Of a stretch of 64,000 nucleotides of DNA, positions 26,811 to 38,200 are shown in pieces; positions within the stretch are counted from its first letter, which is position 1; every line of letters starts with the position of its first letter. The stretch is from an uncultured bacterium (GTDB taxonomy: Bacteria > Krumholzibacteriota > Krumholzibacteriia > Krumholzibacteriales > Krumholzibacteriaceae), in assembly GCA_963786935.1 (NCBI GenBank), contig CAWBAN010000004.1:128001-192000 (forward strand), read 5' to 3'. The notes beneath the pieces are model-generated. The model had not been told where the DNA came from and ran no database searches. It saw only the letters and a program-made list of their open reading frames with translations. Made by a program: the position numbers and the translations under genes.

Positions 26811-29800
26811 CGCAGGTAGAGGATCTTGCGGGTCTGGGAGAACTTGCCCGCCTTGATGCGGCAGAAATACACGCCGGAGGCCACGCCGCGCCCCGCGCCG
26901 TCCGTGCCGTTCCAGAGCACCGAGTAGCGCCCCGGTCCACGGACCGTCCGCTCGAGCGTCGCGATGGAGCGCCCCGCGGGATCGAAGATCGCGATCTCGA
27001 CGTCGCAGCGCTCACCGATCGAATAGAAGATCGACGTCGTTCCGTTGAAGGGATTCGGATAGTTTTGCTCGAGCGCGGTCGCGAATACCGGCGGGACGGG
27101 GCCCTCTTCGTCCCCGCCGTCGCCGACGCCGATCTTGTTCCTGATGGCGAAGAGAGAGTCGCTCTCGTCCAGCGCCGCGAGGCTGCCCAGGTCGAATGCA
27201 AGGATCTTCACGAGACACGAATCCGAAAGGGACGGAGGTATGATCCACGAATAGGACGAGTCGGCGGGCAATCCGTGCGCGATGCGCTGGTACGTGTCCC
27301 CCGCGTCGTCGGAATAGTAGACGCTGACCGAATCGGCGTCCTCCCCGCCCGTCACGGTCCATTGGACGCGGATCGTATCTCCGACCTCGAAGATCTCACC
27401 GCCGTTCGGATAGACGACGGTCGCGATCGGAGTAAATTCCCAGATCCGCAGCCCGGTCTCGTCGGAGTATCCGCCGCCGTAGCCGGTCGCGTTGACGGCG
27501 GAGACGCGGTAGTAATGAAGCCCCGGGGGCGGGGAAACGAAGAGGAAGCACGTCGGCGCCCCGACGCTCGCCAGGTAGTTCGCCGCGTCCGGCACGAATC
27601 CGGCCGCCGTATCGGAATACACCGCGTACGAGGTCACGTCGCCGGGGACGGCGCCCCAGACGAGATAATAGTCGGGATTCGCCGGCGCGGGATTGGCGCC
27701 GAGCCACTTGACGTACTCGGGGGCCGCCATGAGGGCATCGGGGCCTCCGAAGGCGCCCTGATCGGCGCGCGATCCGTCCGGATCGGCCGGCGACGCGGGA
27801 TCGCCGGTGTCGATTCCTCCCGAGTGCACGAGGAGGTGATAGTCGAACGAGGTCGTATCCGCGTAGTGCGGATGCCTGCTCGTGTTCGTCGCGTCCGCCC
27901 CCGCCGCCACGATGTTGACCGGCGTGTTGCCGAAGGCGTTGTTGTACCGGAACGTGACGTTGGCGAGGCTGTTCGTCTGGAAGCCGTTCTTCGTTCCGTA
28001 CGTGAACAGGTTGTTCTTGACGGCGAGCGAGGGGGTCGCCGCGAGGAACATGTTCCCGCCGCCGTAGAGACCGCGGTTGCGGTCGAAGGTGTTGTTCGTC
28101 ACGCCGCCCCAGCAGCTGTCCGCGTACATGCCGCCGCCGATGACGTTCGAGCGATTCAGCGTGACGACGCAGTTCGAAACGTCGAGGGCGCTGAAGCGCG
28201 TGTAGATGCCCGCTCCGAACGAGGAGCTCGTATTCTGCTTCACGAACGCGCGGGAGAGCGTGAGGGCGGAACGCTCGGCGCAGATCCCGGCCCCGACGTC
28301 GAGACCGTCGTTGAGGGCGATCGTGTCGCCGTCGATCGTCGCGGGGCTCAGGAAAAGGTAGACGCCCGCGCCCTTGCGGTAGCCGTCGTTGTCTTGGATA
28401 ACGTTCCCCTCGAGCGCCGCCGTCGCGTGGAGCGCGTAGACGCCGCCGCCGTGCCTCGCCCCGCTGTATTCCGGATCCGGCCGGCACCCGGTGATACGGT
28501 TCCCCCGGATCGTCGCGTTCGCCTCGTAGAGATAGACGCCGCCGCCGCACTGCGCGAGGCAGCCCTCGATCCGGTTCCCCTCGATGAGCGGGGCGCCGCC
28601 GTAGCAGGCGATCCCGCCGCCGCCGCTGAATTCGAGCACGGGGGCGACACCGCACGAATCGATGCGGTTGTTTCTGATGACCGGGGACGACTGATAGCTG
28701 AGGATCGCGCCGCCGTAGATGCCGTTCGCGGGCATCGGGAGGAACGTGCCGGATCCGCCCGTCAGCCGGAAGCCCTCGATGCCGCAGATGCCGGCCGCAA
28801 CGTTCATGAAGCTGACGAGGCTTCCGCCCGCCTGAATCTTCGTGACGTACGTTTCGGGATCGCGGACGGTGAAGTCGTCGTTCCATCCGCCGAAGAGGTA
28901 CACAGCCGTTTCGACGGTGATCGCCTGATTGTAGGTGTCCCCCCTGACGATGATCGTATCTCCCGGCACGCCGGCGTTCACCGCATCCTGGATCGTCGTC
29001 GCGGCCCACGCGGGGAGGCTGTAGGGGAATATGTTCCCACCCGATTTCGAGACATAGCGGTACGGCTCGCCCCTAATCGTGAAGTTGACGTCGCTCATGT
29101 CGTAACCGCCGACGTCCCCGTTCCAGTACGCGACGACCTTGATACGAGCGGTGTTCACGGGGAGATCGGGAACCTCCCATGTGTACGAGGTGGAGAGGCC
29201 GGAGAGGCCCGAGGCGATGGTGTGGTCGTACGTCGCCCCGCCGTCGAGGCTCAAGAGTATGCTGATGGAGTCAGGCGTCTGCCGCGATGTGTACCACGTG
29301 ATGTCGTAGGAACCCCCGAAGATCTCGGCCACGTCCCATACTTCTCCGTGGTTCGGAGCGGTGACGTGCACGAGCACGTCGGTCGGCTGATAGACGATCT
29401 GATAGGCGTACGTGCCGATGTTGCAGACGCCGTACTTGATGTACCCGAAGCCCCCCATGCCCCAGCCCTCGCCCCAGCTGTTCTTGATGATCCACGCGCC
29501 CTGCCCGCTGCACTGGTTGTCGTCCCAGCCGACGATGAGGACGGCGTGGTTGACGCTCCCCGTCACGGTTCCGTTGTTGTAGCAGCCGCTCGTGTAGTCG
29601 TAGAAATCGTCGTCCACGTAGAACGCGCTCGAGACGGGACCGGTCTGAAGCGCGGCCTTGATCGCGTCCACGGTGTTCGTCACGTCCATGAAATCGGATA
29701 TCTTCGAAACGACGGAGCAGCCGAACGTCGCCGTCCTGCACGGCCGATCGCTTCGCACTTCATAGGGGTAGCACAGCTCGGTCCCCGATCCGGTTTCCAT

Positions 29801-30301
29801 GAAGTACATGAGCGCCGACCACACCGTTCCGCCGTCGCAGCCTCCGCCATACTCTTCGCAGTCGATGACCTGCTGCTCGGAGAGATCCTCGAGCCGCTTG
29901 TCGAAAATCATGGTGTGGGATTCGAGCTGCGCGACCGCCGCGAACGCCCAGCACGAGCCGCACGAGCGCTGGTTCGTCACGGGGCTCACGCCGTAATTCT
30001 GCCGCCAGTCGAAGGCGGTCGCGTAGACGGCGCCCGCGGGAGACGTGAGCGCCGGGCCTCTTTTGCCCTGTCCCTCCGGCAGCGGCAGAAGGCCGAGAAG
30101 CCGCTTCTTCTCTTCCGCCGAGAGCCCCGAGACGGACGTTTTTCCCGCCGTCCATTCGTAGCCGAGCTCGGCGTTCCGTTTGTTGATCTCGGCGATTCTC
30201 TCGTCTACGGTCTTTTCGGCGGACGCCGGAGCCGCGGCGAGAAGGAACAGCGACGCAATCGCCGCAGCCATCGTGAATTGGAACAAGGGGTGGGATTTCA
30301 T
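26807..30301 (-). CDS. Secreted papain-like (C1A) cysteine protease with beta-helix region and FlgD-Ig/T9SS-like C-terminal domain
   Basis: FDWR, QRSCGSCWAF, NHAV, KNSWG; GGG-I/V-Y beta-helix repeats; QNYPNPFN...VASGVYF. Confidence 0.9.
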   Translation of the reverse strand: MKSHPLFQFTMAAAIASLFLLAAAPASAEKTVDERIAEINKRNAELGYEWTAGKTSVSGLSAEEKKRLLGLLPLPEGQGKRGPALTSPAGAVYATAFDWRQNYGVSPVTNQRSCGSCWAFAAVAQLESHTMIFDKRLEDLSEQQVIDCEEYGGGCDGGTVWSALMYFMETGSGTELCYPYEVRSDRPCRTATFGCSVVSKISDFMDVTNTVDAIKAALQTGPVSSAFYVDDDFYDYTSGCYNNGTVTGSVNHAVLIVGWDDNQCSGQGAWIIKNSWGEGWGMGGFGYIKYGVCNIGTYAYQIVYQPTDVLVHVTAPNHGEVWDVAEIFGGSYDITWYTSRQTPDSISILLSLDGGATYDHTIASGLSGLSTSYTWEVPDLPVNTARIKVVAYWNGDVGGYDMSDVNFTIRGEPYRYVSKSGGNIFPYSLPAWAATTIQDAVNAGVPGDTIIVRGDTYNQAITVETAVYLFGGWNDDFTVRDPETYVTKIQAGGSLVSFMNVAAGICGIEGFRLTGGSGTFLPMPANGIYGGAILSYQSSPVIRNNRIDSCGVAPVLEFSGGGGIACYGGAPLIEGNRIEGCLAQCGGGVYLYEANATIRGNRITGCRPDPEYSGARHGGGVYALHATAALEGNVIQDNDGYRKGAGVYLFLSPATIDGDTIALNDGLDVGAGICAERSALTLSRAFVKQNTSSSFGAGIYTRFSALDVSNCVVTLNRSNVIGGGMYADSCWGGVTNNTFDRNRGLYGGGNMFLAATPSLAVKNNLFTYGTKNGFQTNSLANVTFRYNNAFGNTPVNIVAAGADATNTSRHPHYADTTSFDYHLLVHSGGIDTGDPASPADPDGSRADQGAFGGPDALMAAPEYVKWLGANPAPANPDYYLVWGAVPGDVTSYAVYSDTAAGFVPDAANYLASVGAPTCFLFVSPPPGLHYYRVSAVNATGYGGGYSDETGLRIWEFTPIATVVYPNGGEIFEVGDTIRVQWTVTGGEDADSVSVYYSDDAGDTYQRIAHGLPADSSYSWIIPPSLSDSCLVKILAFDLGSLAALDESDSLFAIRNKIGVGDGGDEEGPVPPVFATALEQNYPNPFNGTTSIFYSIGERCDVEIAIFDPAGRSIATLERTVRGPGRYSVLWNGTDGAGRGVASGVYFCRIKAGKFSQTRKILYLR

Positions 30302-30399
30302 GCGGAGCATTCTCCTTCGTGGATCGGGATGCCGTATCGATGCCTCAAATGCGTAATCTAAAGGTAAAGTAAGGCTTCTGAAGGCCGGAAGCCACAACA

Positions 30400-30461
30400 A
30401 TTATAGCAGAAAGCCCTCCGATCTCCAACGGGTTGCAAGTTCGTCATTCATCCATTACAAT
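30400..30461. promoter_or_regulatory. Back-to-back divergent sigma70 promoters
   Basis: Minus strand TTGGAG-17-TATAAT (30428-30400); plus strand TTGCAA-17-TACAAT (30433-30461). Confidence 0.6.
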
Positions 30462-30504
30462 ACGGCGTCACACGCGAATCTCCGCTCAACGGAAGGAGCC
30501 GTCG

Positions 30505-32004
30505 ATGTCGAATATCATCAATGCGTTGCCCAGGGCGGCGATCGTAATGCCGGTCGCCCTCCTTCTCGTGATCCACGGCGCGGGCCCGGCGGCCGGAGAA
30601 GGGAAGGGAAAGACGGAACCCGCTCGGGGCGCGTTCGCCTCGAGGCAGGAGCGCGTCGCGGCGGTCGCCGGCGAGGTCTATTCGGCGAGCGAAACGAACG
30701 AGACCCTGCGCTATCTCTGCGACGAGATCGGCGGGAGGCTCTCGGGGACCAACGGATGCGATCGTGCGCTCGATTATGCCGAGAAGCTCTTCAAGGAGTA
30801 TGGATTGAGCGGCATCCGGCAGGAAACGTACGAATTCCCCGGCTGGTTCAGGGGGGCCTTCCGGTGCGAGGTTACGTCCCCCCGGCCGCTGGCGATGCAC
30901 GCGCTCGCGCTCGCGAACACGCCGTCGACACCAGCGGGGGGCGTCGAGGCGGAGGTGATCGACGCGCTGCACGGGAACCCCGTCGAGCTGGATCGTCTCG
31001 GGAGCGCGCTGGCGGGAAAATTCGCGCTCGTTCTCGACGAGCCCATGCCCGGCGGGCGCTGGATGCACCGCTCCGAGATCATGAAGGAGCTCGCGAAGCG
31101 CGGCGCCGCGGGAATGCTGTTTCAATCGACCGAGCCGGGGCAGCTCCCGATGACGGGAACGTGCTGGAATCGCGGCGTGAGCCCCATTCCGGGCGCGGGG
31201 ATATCGAAGGAAGACGGCGAATGGATCAAGCGCGCTCTCGCGCGGGGGGAGAAGGTCGCCGTGCGAGTCGAGATGACGAACGAGACGAGGCCCGCGCGCT
31301 CCGCGAACGTCGTCGGCGAGATCCCGGGGACCGGCGACGAGTTCGTGATCGTGGGAGGCCACATCGATTCGTGGGACATCGCGCAGGGGGCCGTCGACAA
31401 CGCGACGGGATCGGCCGTGGTCCTCGAAGCGGCGCGCGCCCTCGCCAAGGCGGGGATCCGGCCCCGCGCGACGATCCGGTTCGTCCTCTTCACGGGGGAG
31501 GAGTCGGGGCTCTACGGATCGAACGCGTACGCCGCGGCGCACGAGGCGGAGCTTCCGCGGTGCCGCGCGATGATCAACTGTGATATGGAAGGAGCGCCCC
31601 TCGGGCTCCGCGTCATGGGACACGAGGAGACGCGCCCCTTCTTCGAGGAGCTGCTCGCGGCGATTCCGGGGCTCGCCCTCACCGCGCCGCTCTCGTTCCG
31701 CCCGGGGATTCACGGAGACCAGCAGGCGTTCCTCCTCAGGGGAGTGCCCGCGCTCAGCCCCTCATCGCATCTCGAGGAGGCGAGCGTCCGCTACTATCAT
31801 ACGGCGGGGGACACGTACGACAAGGCCGATCCGAAGCCGCTTTCGGCCTGCGCGGCGTTCGTGGCGGCGGTCGCCCTCGAGATCGCCTGGCCGGAGCAGC
31901 GCCCCATCGAGAGCCTCGACGAAGCGGGAGTGGAGAAGCTCGTCCGCGACAACAAGCTCGACGAGGCGCTCAAGGTGTGGAACGAGTGGCCGCTGAAGCG
32001 ATGA
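30505..32004 (+). CDS. M28 metallopeptidase (carboxypeptidase Q-like, PA domain), exported
   Basis: GGHIDSWD, GAVDNATG, FTGEESGLYGS, YYHTAGDT. Confidence 0.9.
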   Translation: MSNIINALPRAAIVMPVALLLVIHGAGPAAGEGKGKTEPARGAFASRQERVAAVAGEVYSASETNETLRYLCDEIGGRLSGTNGCDRALDYAEKLFKEYGLSGIRQETYEFPGWFRGAFRCEVTSPRPLAMHALALANTPSTPAGGVEAEVIDALHGNPVELDRLGSALAGKFALVLDEPMPGGRWMHRSEIMKELAKRGAAGMLFQSTEPGQLPMTGTCWNRGVSPIPGAGISKEDGEWIKRALARGEKVAVRVEMTNETRPARSANVVGEIPGTGDEFVIVGGHIDSWDIAQGAVDNATGSAVVLEAARALAKAGIRPRATIRFVLFTGEESGLYGSNAYAAAHEAELPRCRAMINCDMEGAPLGLRVMGHEETRPFFEELLAAIPGLALTAPLSFRPGIHGDQQAFLLRGVPALSPSSHLEEASVRYYHTAGDTYDKADPKPLSACAAFVAAVALEIAWPEQRPIESLDEAGVEKLVRDNKLDEALKVWNEWPLKR

Positions 32005-32126
32005 GAGAATGAGGATGGCGCGCCCGAGCGCCCCCGAGAAGCGATGCGGGCCGGGAGCTTTCATGCCCCCGGCCCGCTGAAGAAGCGCGTTGCCTGCGCC
32101 TCCGTGATCGTTTCCCGATTCCGCGA

Positions 32127-35100
32127 TTACCGCAGCATGACCATCTTCTTGGTCGAGCTGAAGCCGTTCGTCTCCATCTTGTAGAAATAGACGCCGGTCG
32201 CGACGTCGGAGCCGCCGTTGTTCCGGCCGTCCCAGGCGATCGAATACGTTCCCGCGTCCTGCACGCCGTCCACGAGGGTGCGCACGAGCTGCCCCGCGAC
32301 GTTGTAGACCTTGAGCGATACGAGCCCCTTTTCCTTCATGTCGAACTTGATCGTCGTCGCGGGATTGAAGGGGTTCGGGAAGTTCTGGGCGAGGCGGTAG
32401 GCCGTGGGGATTTCGGCGTCGACGTACGGGGACTGACCGCAACAGGTGTTCGTCGGGAGCTGCATCCAGGCGAATACGTTTTTCGCGATCTCGAAGCGAT
32501 CGATCGGCACGGATATAACGTCGTCCCTGACGTACTGCAGGCTGAATCCGAACCACATCGTGTTCACGGCGAATCCGCCCGGGTTCAGCTGCGAGGACGC
32601 GATGGCCGCATAGCGGTTCGTCTCGCCATACGCCGGATAGCTCAGCGCGTACTTGCCGTTCGCCGTTTTGTCGAGCACGTCGAACTGGTTGATGACCGGG
32701 CATCCGCCCATGACGTAGAACTTGTCCGGTAGGCCGCCGTGCACGAATATGCCCGCGTCGATCGCCCCCGTGAGGAGCGGGCTCACGATGCCGCCCCCCG
32801 ATTTTCCGCCGGTGAGCTCGAAGTAGCTCGTCGTCGCGACGTCGACCCCGCACCACGTGCTCATGAGGGTGAGGGCCGGGGTCGACGAGAGCCCGTCCAG
32901 ATCGTAGGCAATCCCGTCGCCGCAGACCCAGAGACCGCACACGTGCTCGGACTGCTCGAACCAGTTGATGAGCATCATGCAGTCGTTCGACTTGTCGCTG
33001 TTCACGGTGCCGTCCGAGATCGTCGTGAACGGCAGGTCGCCGCTGTCCCAAACGATCGCCTTGTACTGATCGACGAGATGCTTGGTCGTCGCGCGGCTCC
33101 CCGGCCCGTTCGAGACGCTCGAGGTCGGGCCGTTCACGTCGTAGCGGTCAACCCAGTTGTTCGGCGGGGAAAGGGCGGAGTGGAAGGTCGGCACCCAATA
33201 GTTCTCCACCGCGCCGGCGAACGAGCCGCGCCCGTGGAAGTCGTCGACGAAGAGCACCTCGCTGTTCTTCGTCGGCAGGCACGTGAATTCGAAATACGGA
33301 CCGTACGAGCGGCACCATTTCGGGAGCGCCTTTTCGATGCCGGCGTTGTCCCGCGCCGTGAAGTAGTAGTCGATCCGGTAGCCCCTCGTGAAGAGCGAGT
33401 CGTTCAGATCGAACATGTACATGCCCGCGTAGGTGCCGCCGGACGTGCGCGCCGTATCCCCCTGAATGATCGTCCACGCGCCGTCGTCGCTCTTGTAGGT
33501 TCCATAGGTGCCCGCGAGCGCAGGGCCGAAGAGCGCGGGCTTGGCCGGCGCGGGGCCGATGTACGCGCATTTCACGTGCATGTAGACGGCCGGACCGCCG
33601 CCCGGATCGGCCGCGATGCCGCCGCCGAGCTGCGATGAGACGCTCACGACGATCGAATCCCCCGGGCGGATGACCGGATTGTCGTTCGTGTTGATGTCGT
33701 TCGCCATGTCGGCCCGCACGTAGCTTTCCAGGACAAACTCTTGCGAGGGGAAATTGTCCTGAAAGAGATCGATGTCGCGATACGACCACTGCGGTCCCTC
33801 GCTCTTGTAGCGGTAGAGCCGGACGTTGTCGTACCACGGGGCCGGCGTATGCTGCGCGCAGTTGCCGTTCACGAGATACCACACGTCGCACATGTCGACG
33901 ACGCCGAGGGCGATCTGGATCTTGTCGGAGTGGGTGAAGCTGCTCAGCTCCTCGGTGGCGAAGCTATATACGCCGTTATCCCAGTACCAATAGATCCAAT
34001 CGTCGCCGAACCACGGGCCCGGGCATCCGCTCTCGTTGAATCCACGGGCGTGCCAATCCCAGAGCACGAGGTTCGAGAGCGGGTTGTCGACATAGACCGT
34101 GTACTTCAGGCGGAGCCCTCCGAGAAGGGACAAATCCCCCGCGGGAATCGTGCCGTCCTGAACCTCGTTGCACCCGGTCGAATACTTGTTCAAATCGATG
34201 ATCGGAGAAACAACCGCCTCGTTTTGGCACGGGGGCTCGGTGCCGCCCGTGCCCTTGCAGAAGGGGGTGTTATACAGGCCGGGATAGCCCGTGCTCGCGA
34301 CGGGCGAACCGATGAAGAAGACGATCTGCGTGGAGAAGTTCGCGTTGCATGGATCCCGGTCTCCGATGGAGAGATTGTATTTCAGCCCGGAGTAGAGACC
34401 GAACGACGGGGCGATCTCCGCCGCCCAGATGCCCGCCCGCCCGGCCCCGACCGACGCCGTCTCGAAGTCCTGAAAATCGGACCAGCCGCTCGAATCCCAT
34501 ATGCTGATGCTGTCGACGATGCAGGCGCCGTCGGTGTTGAGGAGCCCGTCCTCATCGCTCCATCCGCCGTCGGAGGTGAAATGGAAGCGCAGCTTCGTCG
34601 CCGCCCGCGCCGTCGCGACGGCGACCTGATCGACGGCCGTGCCGATGCCGGTATAGGAGGCGAGCGTCCGCCAGTCTCCGTTCCCCTCGTCGTACTGGAC
34701 CCTCACATGATCGTAGTCCGCCTCGCAGTCCCAGCTCAGCTTGTAGGAGAGCCCGATCATTCCGACGAATGCGCGCGGGCCCACCCGAAGCTCCTGATCC
34801 CAGCCGTTTCCGTAGCCGGGGGCCTTCATGAACGAGCAGGCGTACGGCGCGCTCTCGCTCGCCCGCGCTCCGCACCACATCGACTTCGCCCCCTCGAGCG
34901 GCGCGAGCCGGCCGAAATCTCCTCCGCCGAGCCCGGCGAAATCATCGACGTGGAAGAACGTGTCGATCTGAGCGGTGCGGTCGAGCTGCGTCCAGCCCTG
35001 CCAGTTCATCGATTCGAAGTCGTACCAAACGATGCAGAAGGTGTCGACCGCGGCCTCGGTGATCCCGCGCTCCATGAGGTTCGGGTCCTCGAGGTGCGGG

Positions 35101-35225
35101 AGTTCCGTCTCCGTCCACGGCACGGCGGGCCGCAACCCGCTCCTCATCGGGTCGCGGGCGAAAGCATGCGGCGAGAGGAGGATCGCGATGCACACACAGG
35201 CGACAGCGAACAAGAGCCGGTTCAT
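32127..35225 (-). CDS. Secreted Cys-rich ~1030-aa protein with FlgD-Ig/T9SS-like CTD, paralogue 1 of 4
   Basis: Signal peptide; PGYGNGW...WD.E..YD...LRFHF.SDG.WSD.DG jelly-roll region; QNFPNPFNP CTD. Confidence 0.85.
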   Translation of the reverse strand: MNRLLFAVACVCIAILLSPHAFARDPMRSGLRPAVPWTETELPHLEDPNLMERGITEAAVDTFCIVWYDFESMNWQGWTQLDRTAQIDTFFHVDDFAGLGGGDFGRLAPLEGAKSMWCGARASESAPYACSFMKAPGYGNGWDQELRVGPRAFVGMIGLSYKLSWDCEADYDHVRVQYDEGNGDWRTLASYTGIGTAVDQVAVATARAATKLRFHFTSDGGWSDEDGLLNTDGACIVDSISIWDSSGWSDFQDFETASVGAGRAGIWAAEIAPSFGLYSGLKYNLSIGDRDPCNANFSTQIVFFIGSPVASTGYPGLYNTPFCKGTGGTEPPCQNEAVVSPIIDLNKYSTGCNEVQDGTIPAGDLSLLGGLRLKYTVYVDNPLSNLVLWDWHARGFNESGCPGPWFGDDWIYWYWDNGVYSFATEELSSFTHSDKIQIALGVVDMCDVWYLVNGNCAQHTPAPWYDNVRLYRYKSEGPQWSYRDIDLFQDNFPSQEFVLESYVRADMANDINTNDNPVIRPGDSIVVSVSSQLGGGIAADPGGGPAVYMHVKCAYIGPAPAKPALFGPALAGTYGTYKSDDGAWTIIQGDTARTSGGTYAGMYMFDLNDSLFTRGYRIDYYFTARDNAGIEKALPKWCRSYGPYFEFTCLPTKNSEVLFVDDFHGRGSFAGAVENYWVPTFHSALSPPNNWVDRYDVNGPTSSVSNGPGSRATTKHLVDQYKAIVWDSGDLPFTTISDGTVNSDKSNDCMMLINWFEQSEHVCGLWVCGDGIAYDLDGLSSTPALTLMSTWCGVDVATTSYFELTGGKSGGGIVSPLLTGAIDAGIFVHGGLPDKFYVMGGCPVINQFDVLDKTANGKYALSYPAYGETNRYAAIASSQLNPGGFAVNTMWFGFSLQYVRDDVISVPIDRFEIAKNVFAWMQLPTNTCCGQSPYVDAEIPTAYRLAQNFPNPFNPATTIKFDMKEKGLVSLKVYNVAGQLVRTLVDGVQDAGTYSIAWDGRNNGGSDVATGVYFYKMETNGFSSTKKMVMLR

Positions 35226-35250
35226 GTTCTTACCCCCATCGTCAGAACCG

Positions 35251-38200
35251 CTATCTCAAGAGCACCATTTTCTTCGTCTGGCTGAATCCCTTCGTCTCCA
35301 TCTTGTAGAAGTAGATGCCGCTCGCCACGGCGGCGCCCCGGTCGTTCGCGCCGTCCCAATCGACCGAATAGGCGGCCGCGTTCCGCTCCCCCTCGACGAG
35401 CGTCCGCACGAGCTGGCCCGCGACGTTGTAGACCTTCAGCGTCACGAATCCTTTTTCCTTCAGGTCGAACTTGATCGTTGTTGTCGGGTTGAAGGGGTTC
35501 GGATAGTTCTGCGCGAGCTTCGTGAATTTCGGTGTCTCGGCCGGAGTGACGTTCGCATTCGTAGTGCTATTCATCCACTGGAACACGTCCTTCGCGAGCT
35601 CGAAACGGTCGATCGGCGCGTTTATGACATCGTCACGGATCGCCATGTAGCTGAATCCGAACCACATCGTGTTCACGTGGAATCCGCCGGGGTTCAGCTG
35701 CGAGGACGCAATGGCCGCGTACCGGTTCGTCGCGTTGTACACGGGATAGCTGAGGGCATACTTGCCGAATGCGGTCTTTTCGAGCACGTCGAATCCGTTG
35801 ACGATCGGACAGCCCCCGAACGCGTAGAACTTGTCGGGAACGCCGGCGTGCACGAAGATTCCCGCGTCGGTCTCCCCCGTGATGAGCGGCGTGACGATGC
35901 CGCCCGCCGTGCGTCCTCCGGTCTCGTTGAAGTAGCTCGTCGCCACGAAGTCGACGCCGCACCACGTGTTCATGAGGGTGAGGGCGGGGATCGTCGCCAT
36001 ATTGTCCTGATCGGCGGCGACGTTATCGCCGCAGATCCAGAGGCCGCAGATATGCTCGCTGAGCTCCATCCAGTCGATGAGCATCTGGCAGTCGTTCGAC
36101 TTGTCGCCGCCGGTCGAGACCGAGCCGCTCGCGATGGTGATCGACGGGAGATCGCCGCAGTCCCAGACTATGTCAATATAGTATTGCGTGAGCTGGAAGT
36201 TCTTCGCGCGGCTGCCCGGTCCGTTCGACACGCCCGACGAAGGCGCATTCACGTCGTACCGGTCCACGTCGTTGTTCGGCGGCGCAAGAACGGCGTTGAA
36301 GACCGTCGTCCAGTAGTTCTCGACCATTCCGGCGAACGATCCGCGGCCGGTGAAGTCGTCGACAAAGAGGACGTCCGAGTTCTTTGTCGGGAGGCAGGTC
36401 CACTCGAAGTACGGCGGGCCCGAGCGGGCGTAGCGGGGCAGCGCCGACTCCAGCCCCGCGACGTCGCGCGCGGTGAAGTAGTACTCGACCATGTATCCGC
36501 GCGTGAAGAGCTCGTCGTTCAGGTCGACCATGTAACGGCCGCGCTGAATGCCACCCGAGGTCCGGGCGGTGTCGCACTGGATGACCGTCCAGACGCCGTC
36601 GTCGCTCACGTAGTTGAAATCGATCGTGTACGGAGCGGTCGTCGGCCCGGTCACGACGCTTCCCGCGAGCGCGGGGCCGGCAAGCTGGGCCGGCTTTGCG
36701 AGATCGAAGCTGATATATGTGGCCTTCACGTGAAGGTAAACGGCCGGGCCGCCGTACGTCGGATCGGCCGCGATGCCGCCGCCGAGGGGCGAGCTGCAGT
36801 CGAGCGTGATCGAATCCCCCGGATCGATGACCGGATCGTCGTCGTAGCGCAGGTCGTTCGCGGCATCGGCGCGCACGTAGCTTTCGATATTGAACTCGAG
36901 CTCGGGGAAGTTGTCTTGGAAGAAGTCGAGATCGCGGTAGTACCATTGCGGCCCGGACGTCTTGTATCGATACACGGCGACGTTGTCGAACCACGGCGAC
37001 GGCGTGTGCTGCGCACAATTGCCCATCGTAAGGTACCAGACGTCGCACATAGAGTAAGCGCCGAAGCTCACGACGAGCGAATCCCCCGCAACGAGGTCGC
37101 TGACGTCGAAGGTGCTGTGGATGTAATCCATTTCGGAGCCGTAGTAGACGAAGTTGCGATCCTGCCACTGCCCGGGGCATCCGCCGGTGACGTTGCGCAC
37201 GTGCCAGATGTAGAACACGAGGTTCCACAGCGGCAGATCGCGATAGACGGTGAACCTGACTGTGCAGCCCCCGAGGAGCGGCAGATCCCCCGCCGGAATG
37301 GAGGCGTTCTGATACTCGGTGCGCCCCGGCGAGTACTTCGTCATGTCGATGATCGGGGATTCGACGATCTCATGCTGGCACGGAGGTCCCCATCCTCCCA
37401 GACCCTGACAGAACGGCGTGTCGTAGAGCCCCGGGTAGCTCGAGCTCGGATTCGGGGAGCCGATGAAGAACACGATCTGCGTTCCGAGGTTCTCGCCGCA
37501 GGGATCCTTGTCCATGAGGTTGTTCTTCAGGCCGGAGTACATGCCGAATCCCGGCTCCGGCTCGCCGAGCCAGATTCCGGCTCCGTGCGCGCCTACCGCG
37601 GCGCTCTCGAAATCCACGAAGCTGTTGAATCCGCCCATGTCGACCACCGTGATGCTGTCGATGATGCAGCCGCCGTCGGAGTTCCAGAGGCCGTCCTGAT
37701 CGCTCCACGCGCCGTCCGAGTCGAAACGGAAGCGGAGCTTCGTCCGCGCCTGGGTGGTCGCGATGACGTGAGACGCCACCGCGTTGCCCGCGCCGTCGTA
37801 GGAGGCCATATCTTCCCAGTTATCGCCACCGGTGTCGTACTCGACCTTCGTGACGTCGTAGCCGGTCTCCGAATCCCAGACGATATGGTACGAGAGGGTC
37901 ACCGCGCCCGTGAAGGCGATCGCGCCCGTGGTGAGCCACTGGCTCCAGCCGTTCCCGTAGCCGGGCGCGTCGTACCACGAGCAGAGATAGTCGTCGTTCC
38001 CGTCCGGCCGGGCGCCGCACCACATCGATTTGGTTCCCTCGATCGGCACGAGGCGGCCGAACGAGCCGCCGCTCAGGCCGGCGAAGTCGTCTACATGAAA
38101 GAAGTTGCCCGGTTGGGCGGTTTCGTCGTGCCTCGTCCAGCCCTGCCACGAGTACGGTTCGAAGTCGTACCAAACGAGGCAGTAGGTATCGACCGCGGCC

